A stretch of DNA of 64,000 nt from Sminthopsis crassicaudata (taxonomy: Eukaryota): NCBI RefSeq assembly GCF_048593235.1, contig NC_133623.1, positions 23,242,211 through 23,306,210 on the forward strand, in the 5' to 3' direction. The notes beneath the pieces are model-generated. The model worked only from the letters and a program-made list of their open reading frames with translations, searched no databases and was not told the DNA's origin. Positions 1-13,144 of the stretch are shown one piece after another. The position numbers and the translations under genes were made by a program. Within the stretch, counting starts at the first letter, position 1, and each line of letters begins with the position of its first letter.

Positions 1-225
1 TTAACACTGACCATCAGTACAGTCAACTAAACTAGATCAGCGCTTCTTAAACTGTTTCTACTCTCAGGCCCTTTTTGCCCAAGAAACTTACATGGATCCC
101 AGGTATAGAAGTATATAAAATAAGAAGAAGAAACCATGATTTTGTGATCCCCACATTCAGTGACAAGACCTCATATGGGTTTGTGTTCTTTGCTTTGGTC
201 TAGAGTATTCTTGTAATTTTTCATT

Positions 226-300
226 CAGCGTGGTAGAGTAGAAAGAGCACTGGATTTTGCTTGTCAGGACTTGGGTTCAAATGTCACCTCTGTTCCATCG
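226..300 (+). mobile_element. MIR/CORE-SINE fragment
   Basis: gtggtagagtagaaagagcactggat...ggacttgggttcaaat: tRNA-derived head with B-box-like gggttcaaat, as in CORE SINEs. Confidence 0.7.
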
Positions 301-559
301 AGGATGTTAAGACTTGATAGCTTCTGAGGTTCTTTCTCTCTCTGTATCAGAGATCCTCATATCTCTCGAATCTCCATCAGGATTCTTTTTTTCCTTCCTT
401 CTCCCTTCATCCCCAGTCAGAGTTAGTGGGCACTCTGTTCTACTTCTGATGCTTTTTTCACTTGGTATTAATTTATAAGGGTCTTTCCAGATTTCCTTGT
501 ATTCCTTACATCTGTTGGGCTTCATTATGGAAGACTGTTCCATTCCATGAATGTACTAC

Positions 560-985
560 AATTTATTTAACGTATCTCCTGTTGTTAGACAATTAAGTTG
601 CCTATTTTTTGAAATTACATATAATGTTTCCAAATAATATTTTTATTGTTTTTAATAATATTTAAAGGTGCTATCCCCCAATGGAAATATTGAATAAAAG
701 GATATGGTTATTTTTATAACTTTTCTGCACATGGTTAGGTCACTCTCCAAAAAGAGGCTATACATTTGTAATTCCACTAATAATGAGTGGTTCCACCTTT
801 GTCCCCATAACACTGCCTGTAATGAGTTTCATTGTTTTTTATTCTTTTCACCAATTTGATGAGTGCAAAGTTTTGCTTTGTAGTTATTTTAATTGTCATC
901 TTTTTGATTATTAGTCAGGATGAGCATTTTTAATTGATTAGTAGCAGTTTGTTTTCTTCTTTGGAAAAAATGTCTGTTCAGATCT
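560..985 (-). mobile_element. Old L1 fragment (ORF2 3' region)
   Basis: Degenerate antisense L1 3' ORF2 motifs (ttttcaccaatttgatgag, gatgagcatttt, tgtctgttcagatcttttgaccatt). Confidence 0.65.
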
Positions 986-1439
986 TTTGACCATTAACTG
1001 TGGCAGAATGAGAATTATAGAACACCCTTCTGTGTTGTTGTTCTTCAGTTATGTCTCTTGGTCCCTTTCATCAAAAGCAACCATTTCGGTAACACAGCAG
1101 GGCTTGACTGGACTAATTAATCAGTTCTGTTAAACAGTCAGCTTAAATTGGGTTTTATCCTGGGGTCTGGGTCATTTCAAAGTTTTGCCAAGTTCCTCTA
1201 GAATCTTCCCTTGAATTGAATGATGAAGATTGGAATTTGATGAAGCACAGATGTTAGCTTCTGGGTTTTGATTATTGAATCAGTGATTTCACTCAGATAT
1301 GGACTTCAGATCATTGCAGGGTACATGGTGAGAGTGCTCTAAAAAGAATTCAGAGCCTTTTTAGAATGGGAGTAACTTCAGCATTACAATATCCTGACTT
1401 CATTCTAATCAGACTTTTGTGAGAGGCAACATTGGAGAG

Positions 1440-1650
1440 TTGTGACTGAGAGCTGTCTTCAGAGCTTAGGAAGACCTGGGTGCAAGTCTTGCCCCTGATA
1501 CAGCCTGGCTTTGTTACCTTGGCAAAGGCATTTGATCTCTTAGTGCTCTAGGTAACGCTCTTCCACTTTCAGGTTCAGGGAAGGGGCTAATCTAATCTGG
1601 GTGGAGAGTTTCTCCATTTGGGCGTTTCTTGTGCCAGTAAGATCCCAGGA
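1440..1650 (+). mobile_element. CORE-SINE (MIR3/marsupial type)
   Basis: ggaagacctgggtgcaagtc head, accttggcaa core, MIR3-like tail; family name from memory. Confidence 0.55.
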
Positions 1651-2010
1651 TATGTGACAAGGTCAGGTGTTAGTAAGAAACAAGTTGCCATTTGCCCTCA
1701 GATCTGGCACATGCAGATCTATTATAGAACCATCAATACTGGTGACCAGATGACTCAACCTTTCAAAGAAGCATATTTTTAGGGATCCACTTGCGGAATA
1801 TTGTTACCTTAATGGCTGAGGAATATTTTGGCAAATTCTTGCCCTTCTGTAATCACAAAAGTTCACAAACAAGCCTGGACACACCATTTCCACATCACTG
1901 ATAAATTTGGACCATATTGGAAATAACTCCATTTACTAAGATATGTCATGAACTAAGAAGGTGCTGTGAAAAGCATGCTGCCTTTGACTTACTATTAGGA
2001 TGGTTTTTTC

Positions 2011-2013
<3 letters not shown>

Positions 2014-2076
<63 letters not shown>

Positions 2077-2283
2077 TGTTTTGTCTCGTTCTCTATCTTT
2101 CATTTTGTATCTCACTGTCTTTATCTATCTGTCTCTGTGTATGTTTGTCTGTCTCTCTGTGTGTATCTCTTTTTGTCTATTTCTGTCTCACTGTGTCTTT
2201 CTGCCTCTGTCTCTCACTGCTTTCTCTGTTTCTTTCTCTCGCTCTTTGTCTGTCTCTCACTGTCCCTCTGTGTTTTTCCTCTG

Positions 2284-2355
<72 letters not shown>

Positions 2356-2610
2356 TGTTTTGTCTCTTTCTCTATCTTTCATTTTGTGTCTCACTGTCTT
2401 TATCTATCTGTCTCTGTGTATGTTTGTCTGTCTGTGTGTATCTCTCTCTTTTTGTCTATTTCTGTCTCACTGTGTCTTTCTGCCTCTGTCTCTCACTGCT
2501 TTCTCTGTTTCTTTCTCTGGCTCTTTGTCTGTCTCTCACTGTCCCTCTGTGTTTTTCCTCTGTGTTTCTGTGTCTTGGTCTCGGTCTCTGTCTCTTTCTC
2601 TTTCTCTCTG
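2014..2610. repeat. (CT)n-anchored pyrimidine-rich tandem duplication, period about 279 bp
   Basis: (CT)n at 2014-2074 and 2289-2351, each followed by a near-identical approx 215-bp CT/GT-rich unit (2075-2290 vs 2354-2569). Confidence 0.95.
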
Positions 2611-5288
2611 AGCTCTTTGGTGTAAGAGAACTTGCATTGTTATAATACTGTAACCTTTTCAGTGCAGCATGCCTTCCATAATACCTTTTTGTTCACGGCA
2701 CATCTTAATAAATGAAGTTCTGCATGTGCCAAATCTAAGGGTAAAATCTAATGGGGAGGTAATGTGCAAACAGTATGTATAAGCAAGGTATAGACAGGAG
2801 GAATTAGAATGACTGGAGGTGTCTGCCATTATTAGTATAAATGTCATTTGTCATTTCTTGCCAAAACACAGACCTCAACTTCTGTAAAATTTACTTCCTC
2901 CAGGGTATATTCTCAGGTACCAGCATAGTTTTTCTCCATGTAGCTCTCCTGCCCAACTCCTGTTATAATGACTTGTCTATAAATATCCCCGCTGATTAAA
3001 TGTTTGGTTATTAAGTCCTTTTGTGACTGTGTTCCTTGAGGACAGGACCTATGTCCATCTTTAGTCTGTAACTCAACTACTTTTTGCAGTTCTGTACTCA
3101 TATCCTTATAGCTTCCTGCCAGCCTGCTTGCCCTGTAGCCCCTGAATTGACAGGCTCCCTCAGATGATACCAACCTGCAAAAGCTCGCTGTCCCATTAGA
3201 AAACTTTTCTTATTTTCCCCACCAGAATGGAAAGGGATGCAGGTGGAACAACTGGGCCTGGGTCACTGGAACTTTTCATCACTGGGTCCTCTCATTATAT
3301 TTAGCCCAATTGTTCTCTTTTAAAGGTGATGTTGTCTTTTGACCTCAGGTTCAAATCAGCAATTAACTGCTTGTGGTAGCAGCAGAGAAGGTCTAAGAGT
3401 AGCATTTTTGGAGAGAACAGCAGGAAGGGAATTCAGTATGGCAGCTTCAGGCACAGAGGATGAAAAGTCAACCCCAAAACCCAAAGTTAGTTCTTCATTT
3501 TGTCAATCGATCCAAATGCTCCTTCTCGTTGTTGGAAAAGGAGTGTATAAATATTTCCTCAGTCTGATGAAGAGAAGTTAGGAGAGTATGGATATGAAGC
3601 AGGAGATCCTGGATTTTCCCCCTCCCCAGCCCACGTCCTCCTCTCTAAAACGAGGGGGACCTTCCAGCTCTGGCATCCTGTTGTGCACTTTGGGAGGTCC
3701 AGTGGGCGTGCAAGGGCTGGCCGAGATTCAGAGTTCACTTTCATCTCAGGATATTTTTCAACTCCTCCAGGACTTTTTCAGCACATGTATTATTCACTTG
3801 ATTCCTTTGAGGCTTCCAAAGGAGAAGAGACATTTCCATTGTTATTTTTTCCCCTGCCTTTTCTTAAGTGACACATTATTCTGGTCTGTGGTCTTTGTTA
3901 GAAAGCATGAGAAGGTTGTGAAAGGATGGTTCTGTCAGTAAAGGGGACTACCAGTAGACTTCTCTGACGACATGAAGTTTTCTGGAGCTGTGTGTATGTA
4001 TGTGCTGGGAAGTCTGGGTATACTTCCTTTACTGAACATTATTGCCACTGCCTCATGGGTGGTGATGCTGTGCCTGTATGAGGGGCAGAGTTCAAACTTT
4101 GGAGAAGAGAATTTTCTTCTGATTTGCCAGCTTTAAGAGAGTACACATATGGTTTCAGGTTCTCTTCAGGGAGAGGCCTCTAGATGGGGAAGAAACCAGC
4201 ATGAAGTGAAGGGGGCGCCTCAAGTTGGACTCTGGCTCTCAGCGTAGAGACTTCAGGGAATTTCCCCGTGGGTGAAATTGAGGACCCTCTGGGTAGAGCC
4301 CATATGTCTTAGTCCCTGCAGAAAAGCTCATTTACACTATGAATTGTTTGATATAGTCTCATCTATACAACTTCTCTGATTTATGTTTGTTAATAGATTG
4401 AATAAATGAGTTGATTTGCTATTCACCATTTGTCTTTCTGTAACTAGCATTTGCTGGGGAAAAGGATCCAGTATTTGGATATGGTTTGGGGTAGCCTGTA
4501 AAGGGATTGTGACCAGGAAAAGCAACTTGAAGCTAAAAATCAGTTCCCCATGACCAATAAGATGAGTAGATAGATATGATAGCTTGATATCCCCTCTCTG
4601 AAGAGAGCAGAGGGGGCTGACTTCTTGGACTCAAGCTTTTGTTCCAGGCAACGATTCAGAGTTTCCCCTGGAGAGAAATGGGTAAGATGCTAGGTAGATA
4701 TTCCCTCTTCTCTGGAAACTGAATTGAGAAAAACAACTGTGGACATACACATAATCTACATGTTATACACATACTTTATTCTAGGATATTTTAGCTATTA
4801 TATATTCTAACTAGGTAGATCTTACACAGATGGATTTTAAAGAGATTCTTGTATTAAGTCTCCAGATTTAATTCAGATATTTATAAAAATTAAGTACATT
4901 GATATAAAGGCATTTAATCACAGCTTTCTGATTTTGTAGGAAAATTAACTAGATTAATGGTTACTTGTAGTTATAAAGAATTTATTAGAATTTCTTCTGA
5001 AATCTTCAAAATGTCACTTTAAAATCAGCAGAAAAAGGTTGTTACATAAGTTCAGTTAATTATCCATGTAATTATCCATGCAAGATCACAGTTAATGCAT
5101 TAAATATTTTCTTTGGGCAAATTAGAAAATTATATAAGAAAGAAGCCAAAAAGCAATTGGAGATGCGTGACTGGAGCTCAGGAGAGACAGTGGGGCTGGA
5201 TATGTAGATTCAAGAGTCATTTGCTTCCAGATGATTAAACTCACTTGATGAAGTCCCTGAGTAAAGGAGCCTAAAGACAGAAGAGAAG

Positions 5289-5357
5289 GGCCAGCTAGAT
5301 AGTGCAGGGGATAGAGCAGCAGCCCTGGAGTCAGGAGGACCCGAGTACAAATGCAAC
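5289..5357 (+). mobile_element. WSINE1-like SINE 5' part, cut by assembly gap
   Basis: gggccagctagatagtgcaggggatagagcagcagccctggagtcaggaggacccgagt matches the complete copy at 13939. Confidence 0.8.
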
Positions 5358-5525
5358 NNNNNNNNNNNNNNNNNNNNNNNNNNNNNNNNNNNNNNNNNNN
5401 NNNNNNNNNNNNNNNNNNNNNNNNNNNNNNNNNNNNNNNNNNNNNNNNNNNNNNNNNNNNNNNNNNNNNNNNNNNNNNNNNNNNNNNNNNNNNNNNNNNN
5501 NNNNNNNNNNNNNNNNNNNNNNNNN
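5358..5525. other. Assembly gap (N run)
   Basis: Run of N. Confidence 1.
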
Positions 5526-5529
5526 ATAG

Positions 5530-7135
5530 AATTGAAGGGCATTGGAAAAACCCTCCTGTAAAAGGTGGGATTTTAACTGGGCCTTGAAGGAAGCCAGGAG
5601 ATGGAGATAAAGAAGGAAGAGCATTCCAGATCTAGGATGTAGCTAATGACAAATGCTTGGAGATGGAAATTGAAAGAACAAGAAGGCCAGTGTCACTGGC
5701 CCACAGAATACATGGGGTGGGGGGAGGGGGAGGTGATCTATCAGGTATTAAAAAACTGGAAAGGTGGAAAGGGCAGATTTTTGAATGACTGAACACCAAA
5801 TAGGATGTTTGATTCTGGAGGTGATAGGGATCCACTGAAGTTAATTGGAGGAGAGGTTATTGAGACCAACACAATCAGACCTGTATGTCAGGATGATCTC
5901 TTTGACAGCTGAGGAGAACATGTCCTGCCATAGAAAGAGATTTTTGGCAGGTAAACCAGTGAGTAGGCTATCACAGTAGTCCATGTGTGAGGTAATGACA
6001 ACCTCCACCAGGCTGGGGATGGTATCAGAGAAGGAAGGGAGCAAGTGAGATGCAATGAAGTTAAAATCGATAGGCCTTGGCAACACATTGGGTATGGAGG
6101 GGGTGAGAAACAGTGAGGTCTTAAAGATGACACCTGTGTTGCAAGTGGGGTGACTGGGACGATGATGGTACCCTCAATGGGAATAGAGGAGTTCGGTGGT
6201 GGGGAGGGCTTGGGGATAACGATAATGATTTCAGTTTTGGCTAGATTGAGTTTAAGATGATTACTAGACATCTACTTGACGATGCCTAGTAGCTAGTTTG
6301 ACATGTGAATCTGGAGGCTAGGAGAGAGGTTGGATCTGAAAATCATCAACCCAGAAGGGATGATTGAATCCATGTGAATCAATTAGAGAAGTACAAAAGT
6401 ATTGCCTTATCACAGTTGAGGTCATGTAAAATAAATTTGCAATGAACTCATGTCTAATGAGGGTTTTTTATGCTTAGAAGGGAATTAGGTAGCAGGGAAG
6501 AGGCCAGAGAAAGAGAAAGGGAGAAATTGCACATCAGAGGGAGGGTTGGGGTGACTGTGATCAAGGGAACAGTCTGCTCAGAAGATTAATGGTTACTTGT
6601 AGGTAAATGTAAAAGGGTTAGCCTTGGCAAGGAGAAGGATGAACTTATCATCGACATGAGTAAAGGAGGAGGGAATGAGGATTATGACATATAAACAATA
6701 AGAAAAGAGGGAGCTCATGGAGAATGGCCTCGATTTTCTTGCTTAAGGATAGATCAAGTTCTTCACCTGAGCAATTGGAGGAGGAGATAGCGTGGGAGGC
6801 TTGAAGAGAGAAGAGGGGGTTTTCGACAGCCTTGTGGAGGAGTGGGATGGGAATCAATTAGGGTAAAAGGAGCAATGGTATTGTCTTGCTATGGAAAAGG
6901 TCTAGATAAAATTAGTTAACAGAATTTTGTTGTAGTATCCCAGTTGCAATTTCCTCCAGCTCCATACAGAGGGATGAGTGGGAGAAGCAAAGGAAACAGA
7001 TGGTGTGTAAGCAAGAAGTTCAGCATCCAGTAATAGAGTCTCATATAATTAATGTGGAAAACGAGCAGGAGATATGGGCTAGAAGAGAATATGATCAAGT
7101 AGATTTGGAACTGTTTTAATGGCTGGACTTGGAGT
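5530..7135 (-). mobile_element. L2 LINE relic (ORF2 C-terminal part, 3' end and upstream fragments)
   Basis: ORF 5888-6271 reads MSSNHLKLNLAKTEIII..PKPSPPP...EGTIIVPVT and the adjacent frame HMDYCDSLLTGLP, both typical of L2 ORF2; degenerate L2-like sequence continues to about 7135. Confidence 0.85.
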
Positions 7136-7900
7136 TAGTGTTAATGACTCAGGGTCAGCTTGGAAGGAGGTGAGGTATCTCCTTGGCCCCTTGACCACTT
7201 CATGTTTTTATTAGGACTTGGGGAAAGACCGAGAAAGCATTCATGGCAACTCTGCAGACAACCTCTGTCCAGGAGCAATGGCTAACATGCTGGGTGAAAG
7301 TCCCATGTGTTCCCAACACGTTGGCTTTCTTGTGATTTTCCCAATCACTTGAATCCCAGGTCTCTGTGTGTGTGTGCACCAGTCCTCCTTGCTTGACATG
7401 CCTTTCCCTCTCACTTCTGCCTTAGAAAACCCTTGCTTTTTGTTTTTAAGATTCTACCTTTTTACATCAAGCCTTTCCTGCTTCCCCCACCCAGACCCTA
7501 TTAATGACCTCCCTCCCTAAATTACCTTGTATTTGTTTTACCTTTATTTTGCAAAGCCAGTGAATGAATGAATGAATGAATGAATGAATGAAAAGATATT
7601 TATCAAGTGCCTGCTATCTGTCAGGCACTGTGCTTGGCACTGCAAATCAGAGATTGCTACCTTACTGGTGATTTCATTGATATAGGAAACTTTCTCTAGC
7701 AGTGCTGCTTAGCACCCTCTCTGGATTTTAGAGTTGTCTAAAGATTGTGGCCTTTAAAATCACATGGCTCCCTGTGACACATTATATAGGAAGTGAGGCT
7801 TGAATTCAATTCTTCCTTTTCAGTTCATTCCAAGCCAATGATTTTTTTGTTCTCAGAACTGCTAGAGTATTTTGTGATCCTCATTTGCTTTATATATGTC

Positions 7901-7902
<2 letters not shown>

Positions 7903-7946
<44 letters not shown>
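7903..7946. repeat. (TG)n microsatellite
   Basis: Direct inspection. Confidence 0.98.
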
Positions 7947-7947
<1 letters not shown>

Positions 7948-10900
7948 ATTATCACCCCCTAAGCCAAGAAAAGTGCTTGGTACATAGTGGAACACCAGCA
8001 AGCAGTAGACTAAGTATGTCATCATAAAAACCCTGCTGAACAGTTAAGAGGCAGATGTTTGGAACATAGGGTCACTGAGTGGTGAATATTTTATTCTAGA
8101 AACTTCTTAATGATGTACAACTTTATGGGCAGACAGCCAGAAAGACAAGAGGAAAAAGTGCTTTTTAAATGTTGATTTTGGTAGCCCTATTCATGCGTAA
8201 GTGTGGATAAGGAACATCTGTGAATTTTCACTGACTTATATAGCTCCTAGTCAGGGGGTGTTAGAACTCAAGCAGAAGTTGAGTAGGTAGAGATTTTTCT
8301 CAACATTTTGCATTTGATGAATAAATGTTATTTTGGTTTTATTTAAATAAGAGTTTGAAGTAACAGTATAAGAGATAATAAAGAAATGCGTATAATTATG
8401 GAAAACTTGGTTTTAATAATGTGAATCTTAATATACCTTCTTGAATTCTGGGATCATTGACTCAGATTTAGAGCAAAGAGAAATGTCAGAGGTTGTTTAG
8501 TCTAATCTCTTTATTTTGCATGAATGGGCATAAAAGACTTTATACAAGGGGTACAAATACAGCCACAAAGAAAATCCTTGCCCTCATTGATACTTACATT
8601 GTAATGGGGGAAATGACACAGGAAGGGGAGAGATGGCCAAAGAGGAGCGGTTTGATTGTCAAGTTACAGGAGTTGTGAGTGGGGCCATGGGTATAGGCAC
8701 GTCCCATTCAGGAGCAATGTCAAAATTGATTTGGTTGTGGCTTGTGGTTCCAGAACTGGAGGGAGGGCCAGGAAAGTAAAGCTTTGTGTTGGGATTGAGG
8801 AAGTAGTATGAGATCAGAGAGTGAAGTAAAACATGGGTGAGGGTGTTAGGTGAGCAGCAGTCCTTTGGAGAATAGGGAAGACTTGAAAATGAAAATCACT
8901 CCAATGACTATGGAGAGCAACATGGTCAAAGGATCATAGATCTGGAGCTAGACCTCAGACATCTTGCAGTCTGTCTGATGCAGGGCCATCAAGCCCCTGT
9001 CCAATATGGAAGCAATTGGCTCCAGTGGGCAACACAACTAATATGGAAAGATGCTTCTTGGGAAGGAGAAGAGAAATCCAAATGTATTTGCTAAGCTCCT
9101 ACTATGTGTCAGGTGTTGTGCATACAAAGACAACATTGACAAATGGCCCAGTCTTGGCCCGGATGGGAATATGTACTTGTTGAAGAAAAGCTTGTTTCAG
9201 CCTTGTTAAGGTCCAAGACATCCTGTTCATATTACTGTGTTCTCTCAGAAGAAATAACAGGGCGAGTAACTTCCCAATGCCAATGTGTATACTTTGGAGA
9301 GCTGTGTCAATGGGAGCCAGTCAGCAATGTAGACAGGAATGTAACTGGTCAAGGAATTGATAACTTTGAACTTGTGGTATGAAAAATTGGGGCCTCACTT
9401 GCTTAGACACTTCTTTTCAGTTGCTAGATTTACCTTTAAAGAAAAAAAACTGTACCTTTTTAGAAAGTCAGAAATCTCAATTAAAAAAAAGAAAAACAAG
9501 TGAAGAAATTGAGGTAGGCTGGAGCCAGGAAGAGATTTTCTCAAGATCACAAAGTAGGTAAATAGAAGAGGTTATTGAACCTGGGTACAAATGCCTCCTT
9601 TTTTACCAATTGTGGTTTTGAACAAAAATGAATGTAGCACTCACTTCTTTTAAGTGTATTACCCCAACTTGCCATTAGCACTGGTGAGTGGCTACTGCCT
9701 TACGGGTGGCTACTCCTTTGTAGCTCAGGAGCCCCTCACAAGTGTACTTACCTTTCATAATAAGCCAGTGGACAGTATTTTGCTCAAAAAAAAAAGGCAT
9801 TTACTGAGAGGATCTCATAAGCGCAATAGCTATCAAACATCACCCTCCTAAATCTGGGATTGCCCTCTTCCATAGTTACGTTTGGATGAGTGGGCACATG
9901 CGTAAGACTACATCGGCGGTCAGGTGCATGTGTAGGGAACACATGTGGTCAGGGCAGCTCCCAGGTCTCGAAGCATAGGACTCCAATGTTCTTCTAGAGT
10001 CCTCAGGAAGCATCTCTGTTAGGGCAGACACTTCAGGTGTGCTTATCTCTACAACTCTACTCTAAATTGCCAGGGCTAGATGTCACAGCTTTTTTGCTGC
10101 TGAAGGTTTTGTTGCTACACATTGCTTCTTCCCTTGAGTGACTGCCCCTCTGGATGTGTGTCAGTCTGAAGGCACAACTGTGCCTCATACTCTCTGGGAC
10201 TGAATCTCCAACTGCTCCTTCTCGGTGAATGGCATGGTTGATGGGGGGGAGAGAGAATCCTTCCCTTTCCCCCAAGTGGTAAAGAGCCAGGTTCTTCCCT
10301 AACTGTTGACACCTATCTTAACTCTCCTGAACTAGTGAACTCTACATCTTGACTCTCCAATTATCTACAAGACTTGGCTATTGAAAGTCTCCAGAGCCTG
10401 TAGCCAATTTTAAATATAGGTAGATAGAGCATTTATTTAGTCCTTACAGTATGCCTAAGTACTGTACCCATTAAGAATACAGATACAATCAAGAAAGATG
10501 ATCCATTACCTCAGGGAGTTCACTTACTTTCCATGGGGGAAGACAACATGTAAATGGGTACTGAAAATTTGTTGGGGGGAGGAAGGCTGAAGGTCTCCCC
10601 TACAAATAAATGAAGAAAAGTTGGTAGAAACCAGAGAGAGGTGAGAATGGGATATTTTCGCCTCTGTTGATCAGGTTTTCTTTCATTCCATCAGGAAAAG
10701 GCCTTCACACTTTGTTAAAGTTTTCTAGGTGTACAAGTTTCATTAACACAGTGCTACCTCATCACCTGTGATCACATCCCTTGACTACACTGAACTGCGT
10801 GAAGGCAACCGAATCTCCATTTTTTTCCCGTTTAATGACGCTGGAATTTGGGACTAATTCAAGGAAGCCATTTTGAAAGTTTGAAAGATCAAAGCATATT

Positions 10901-12251
10901 CAAATCAAAGAGAGAACATGAAAGAAAAAGCTCCCGCTTTCTGCAAAGACTATAGTCTTAGAACCAAAAGATTGAGATTGAGATTCACTCCAAGAAAAAT
11001 ACCTTTTACTGTGAAGAACCGTGGCATACTAAATAGTAAGTTAGTGAGAAAGAAAGTTCCTGGGCATTTAGGCCTTCAGATCCCCTATTCAGACCTTGAA
11101 CTTCTTCACCTTCACTTTACTTATCTCTTCACTTAGCGCCTTGCCCTAGTCTTCTTTTTCATCCCTTGGACTCAGAGAGAAGGAAGGAGACAGCTTTGTA
11201 CCTCAGAGGATAAAGCTTCTGTTGTCACAACCCACAGCCTAGAAGTGCAGTCCAGAAACTGCAGCTGGAAGTGGGGCCTGCAAAATATGGTAGAATTAGG
11301 TTGTGGAGAGTAGATTCATGAAGATAAACTTTGGAAATATACTTCGTCTGCAGTGAGATAGGGGCTAGTGGTAGTTGTGCTTTGTCAAGTGACTCTATCC
11401 TTGAAGTCATGAAGACATAATTTATATGGTTGATTACTAATACCTGGAATGGGCTTGGTTAAGGAATTCTATGTTTTATTTGGAAATGGACTGTGTTATT
11501 CCCAGGGATTTGAGCCAAATGAAATACTGGATTAATTCAGGTTTGGTTTGGAGAATATTTTGATGTTTGATTTTGGTTCCATAATTTTATAAAATACAAG
11601 GTTTAATTCAGATTAAAGCTAATTGACTAGATTGGTACCTTAAAAAACCATGCACTTAGTACTGTTCATGGCCTAGAAAAATATAATTAGTGGTGTGGCT
11701 TCATTAGGGGTCAGATTCAGTTCAACAAACATCAATAAAACCCTTGCTTTTTGTGTGCTGTGTTTACGTACCACATAAACAACATCCCTGGCCTTAATGA
11801 GCTTCCATTCCTTTGGGGGACACAAGTAATATGGTGAGGATGGAAGAGAGCATTCACAACTGGGAGGAATCAGGAAAGACTTCCAATGGGAAGTCTCACA
11901 ATTGAGCTTTGAAGGCAGCAAGGATTTCAAAAGTGGGCAGGAAGCATGTTGACATCTTTGGCCAGGAAGATAGCTTGTATTTGAGAGACAGTCATTCTCC
12001 AGGGTTTGGGTCATTCCAGGATTCTGGTTTTTGGTTCTCCACACAGATTGTTCTGATTCATTCTAGAAGTTCAGCACACTTTAGCCCTTCAAAGAAATCC
12101 ATTTATATTTAACTTGTATTTGTTTTGTTTAATATTTAACTGTCTAGAACCTTGTTTGATGGCAAGATCATATATAATGTCTAAAAAGCCAGAGTTGTTG
12201 AGCTATACCCTGAATGTACCTGAAGAAAGTTCCCTTAGAAAGAGCTGCCCT

Positions 12252-12859
12252 AAAGAACTGAAAATTGAGTGGATGCCCATCAGTTGAGGAGTGGTTGAAT
12301 AAGTTATAGTATATGAATAAAATGAGATATTATTGTTCTATAAGAACCGAGCAGCAGGGTGATTTCAGAGAGGCCAGGAGAGACTTATACGAACTGATGC
12401 TAAGTGAAGTGAGTAGAATCAAGAGAACATGGTACACAGTAACAAGAAGATTATGTGATGATCAACTCTGATGGACTTTCAACAATGAGGTGATTCAGGC
12501 CAATTCTAATAGTCTTGGGATGGAGAGAGTCCTTCTGCATCCAGAGAAAGGACTATGGGAACTGAGTGTGGATCACAACATAGTATTTTTTACCTTTTTT
12601 ATTGTTGTTGTTTGCTTGCTTGTTTTATTTCTTTCTCATTTTCCCCCTTTTGATCGTTTTTTTCTTGCACAGCATTTTAAATATGGAAATATGTTTAGAA
12701 GGTTTGCATATGTTTAATCTATGTTGGATTGTTTTCTCTCTAGGGGAGGGGTTAGGGTGAGGGAAGGAGAAAAATTTGGAACACAGAGTTTTATGTTGAA
12801 AATTATCTTTGCATATATTCTGAAAGATAGAAAGTTATTATTATAACGACAATAACAAA
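12252..12859 (+). mobile_element. 5'-truncated L1 3' end with TSD
   Basis: ORF2 C-terminal motifs (gaactgatgctaagtgaagtgagtagaa), G-rich 3' UTR, A tail; 13-bp TSD aaagagctgccct (12239-12251) / aaagagttgccct (12860-12872). Confidence 0.9.
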
Positions 12860-13144
12860 AAAGAGTTGCCCTTCCAGTCCTCTACCTGAAAACAGAGAAG
12901 ATTCCATTCATGTGAGAAAGAGAGAGCAGTAGGATAGTTCCAGGGGACCCAAGAAGGAGCCATGCCAAGCAGAGGCTGGCTTCCTGAAAAATAAAAAAAG
13001 ACTAAGAGCAGTGGAATTCAAAACATCCAGATGAATCATCAGATTCTGGGTAACTTAATAACAAGGTGAAATAATAGCTTATTTAAACATGGACCGTCAG
13101 CTGACAGAGGGAACCAGATTAGCTGGTTAAGACACAACTCACTG

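Noticed and set aside
1917-2645. Three long overlapping ORFs (162-242 aa)
   Set aside because: Pyrimidine repeat lacking stop codons; poly-SL translation is a microsatellite artefact
5210-5624. ORFs through the first gap (likewise 13039-14092 and 41585-41821)
   Set aside because: Open only because of N runs
5888-6271. 127-aa ORF as a host gene
   Set aside because: It is decayed L2 ORF2
10754-10761. TGAGGTAG on the minus strand, resembling the start of let-7
   Set aside because: The following bases do not match let-7 and I see no precursor hairpin; at most a seed-match site
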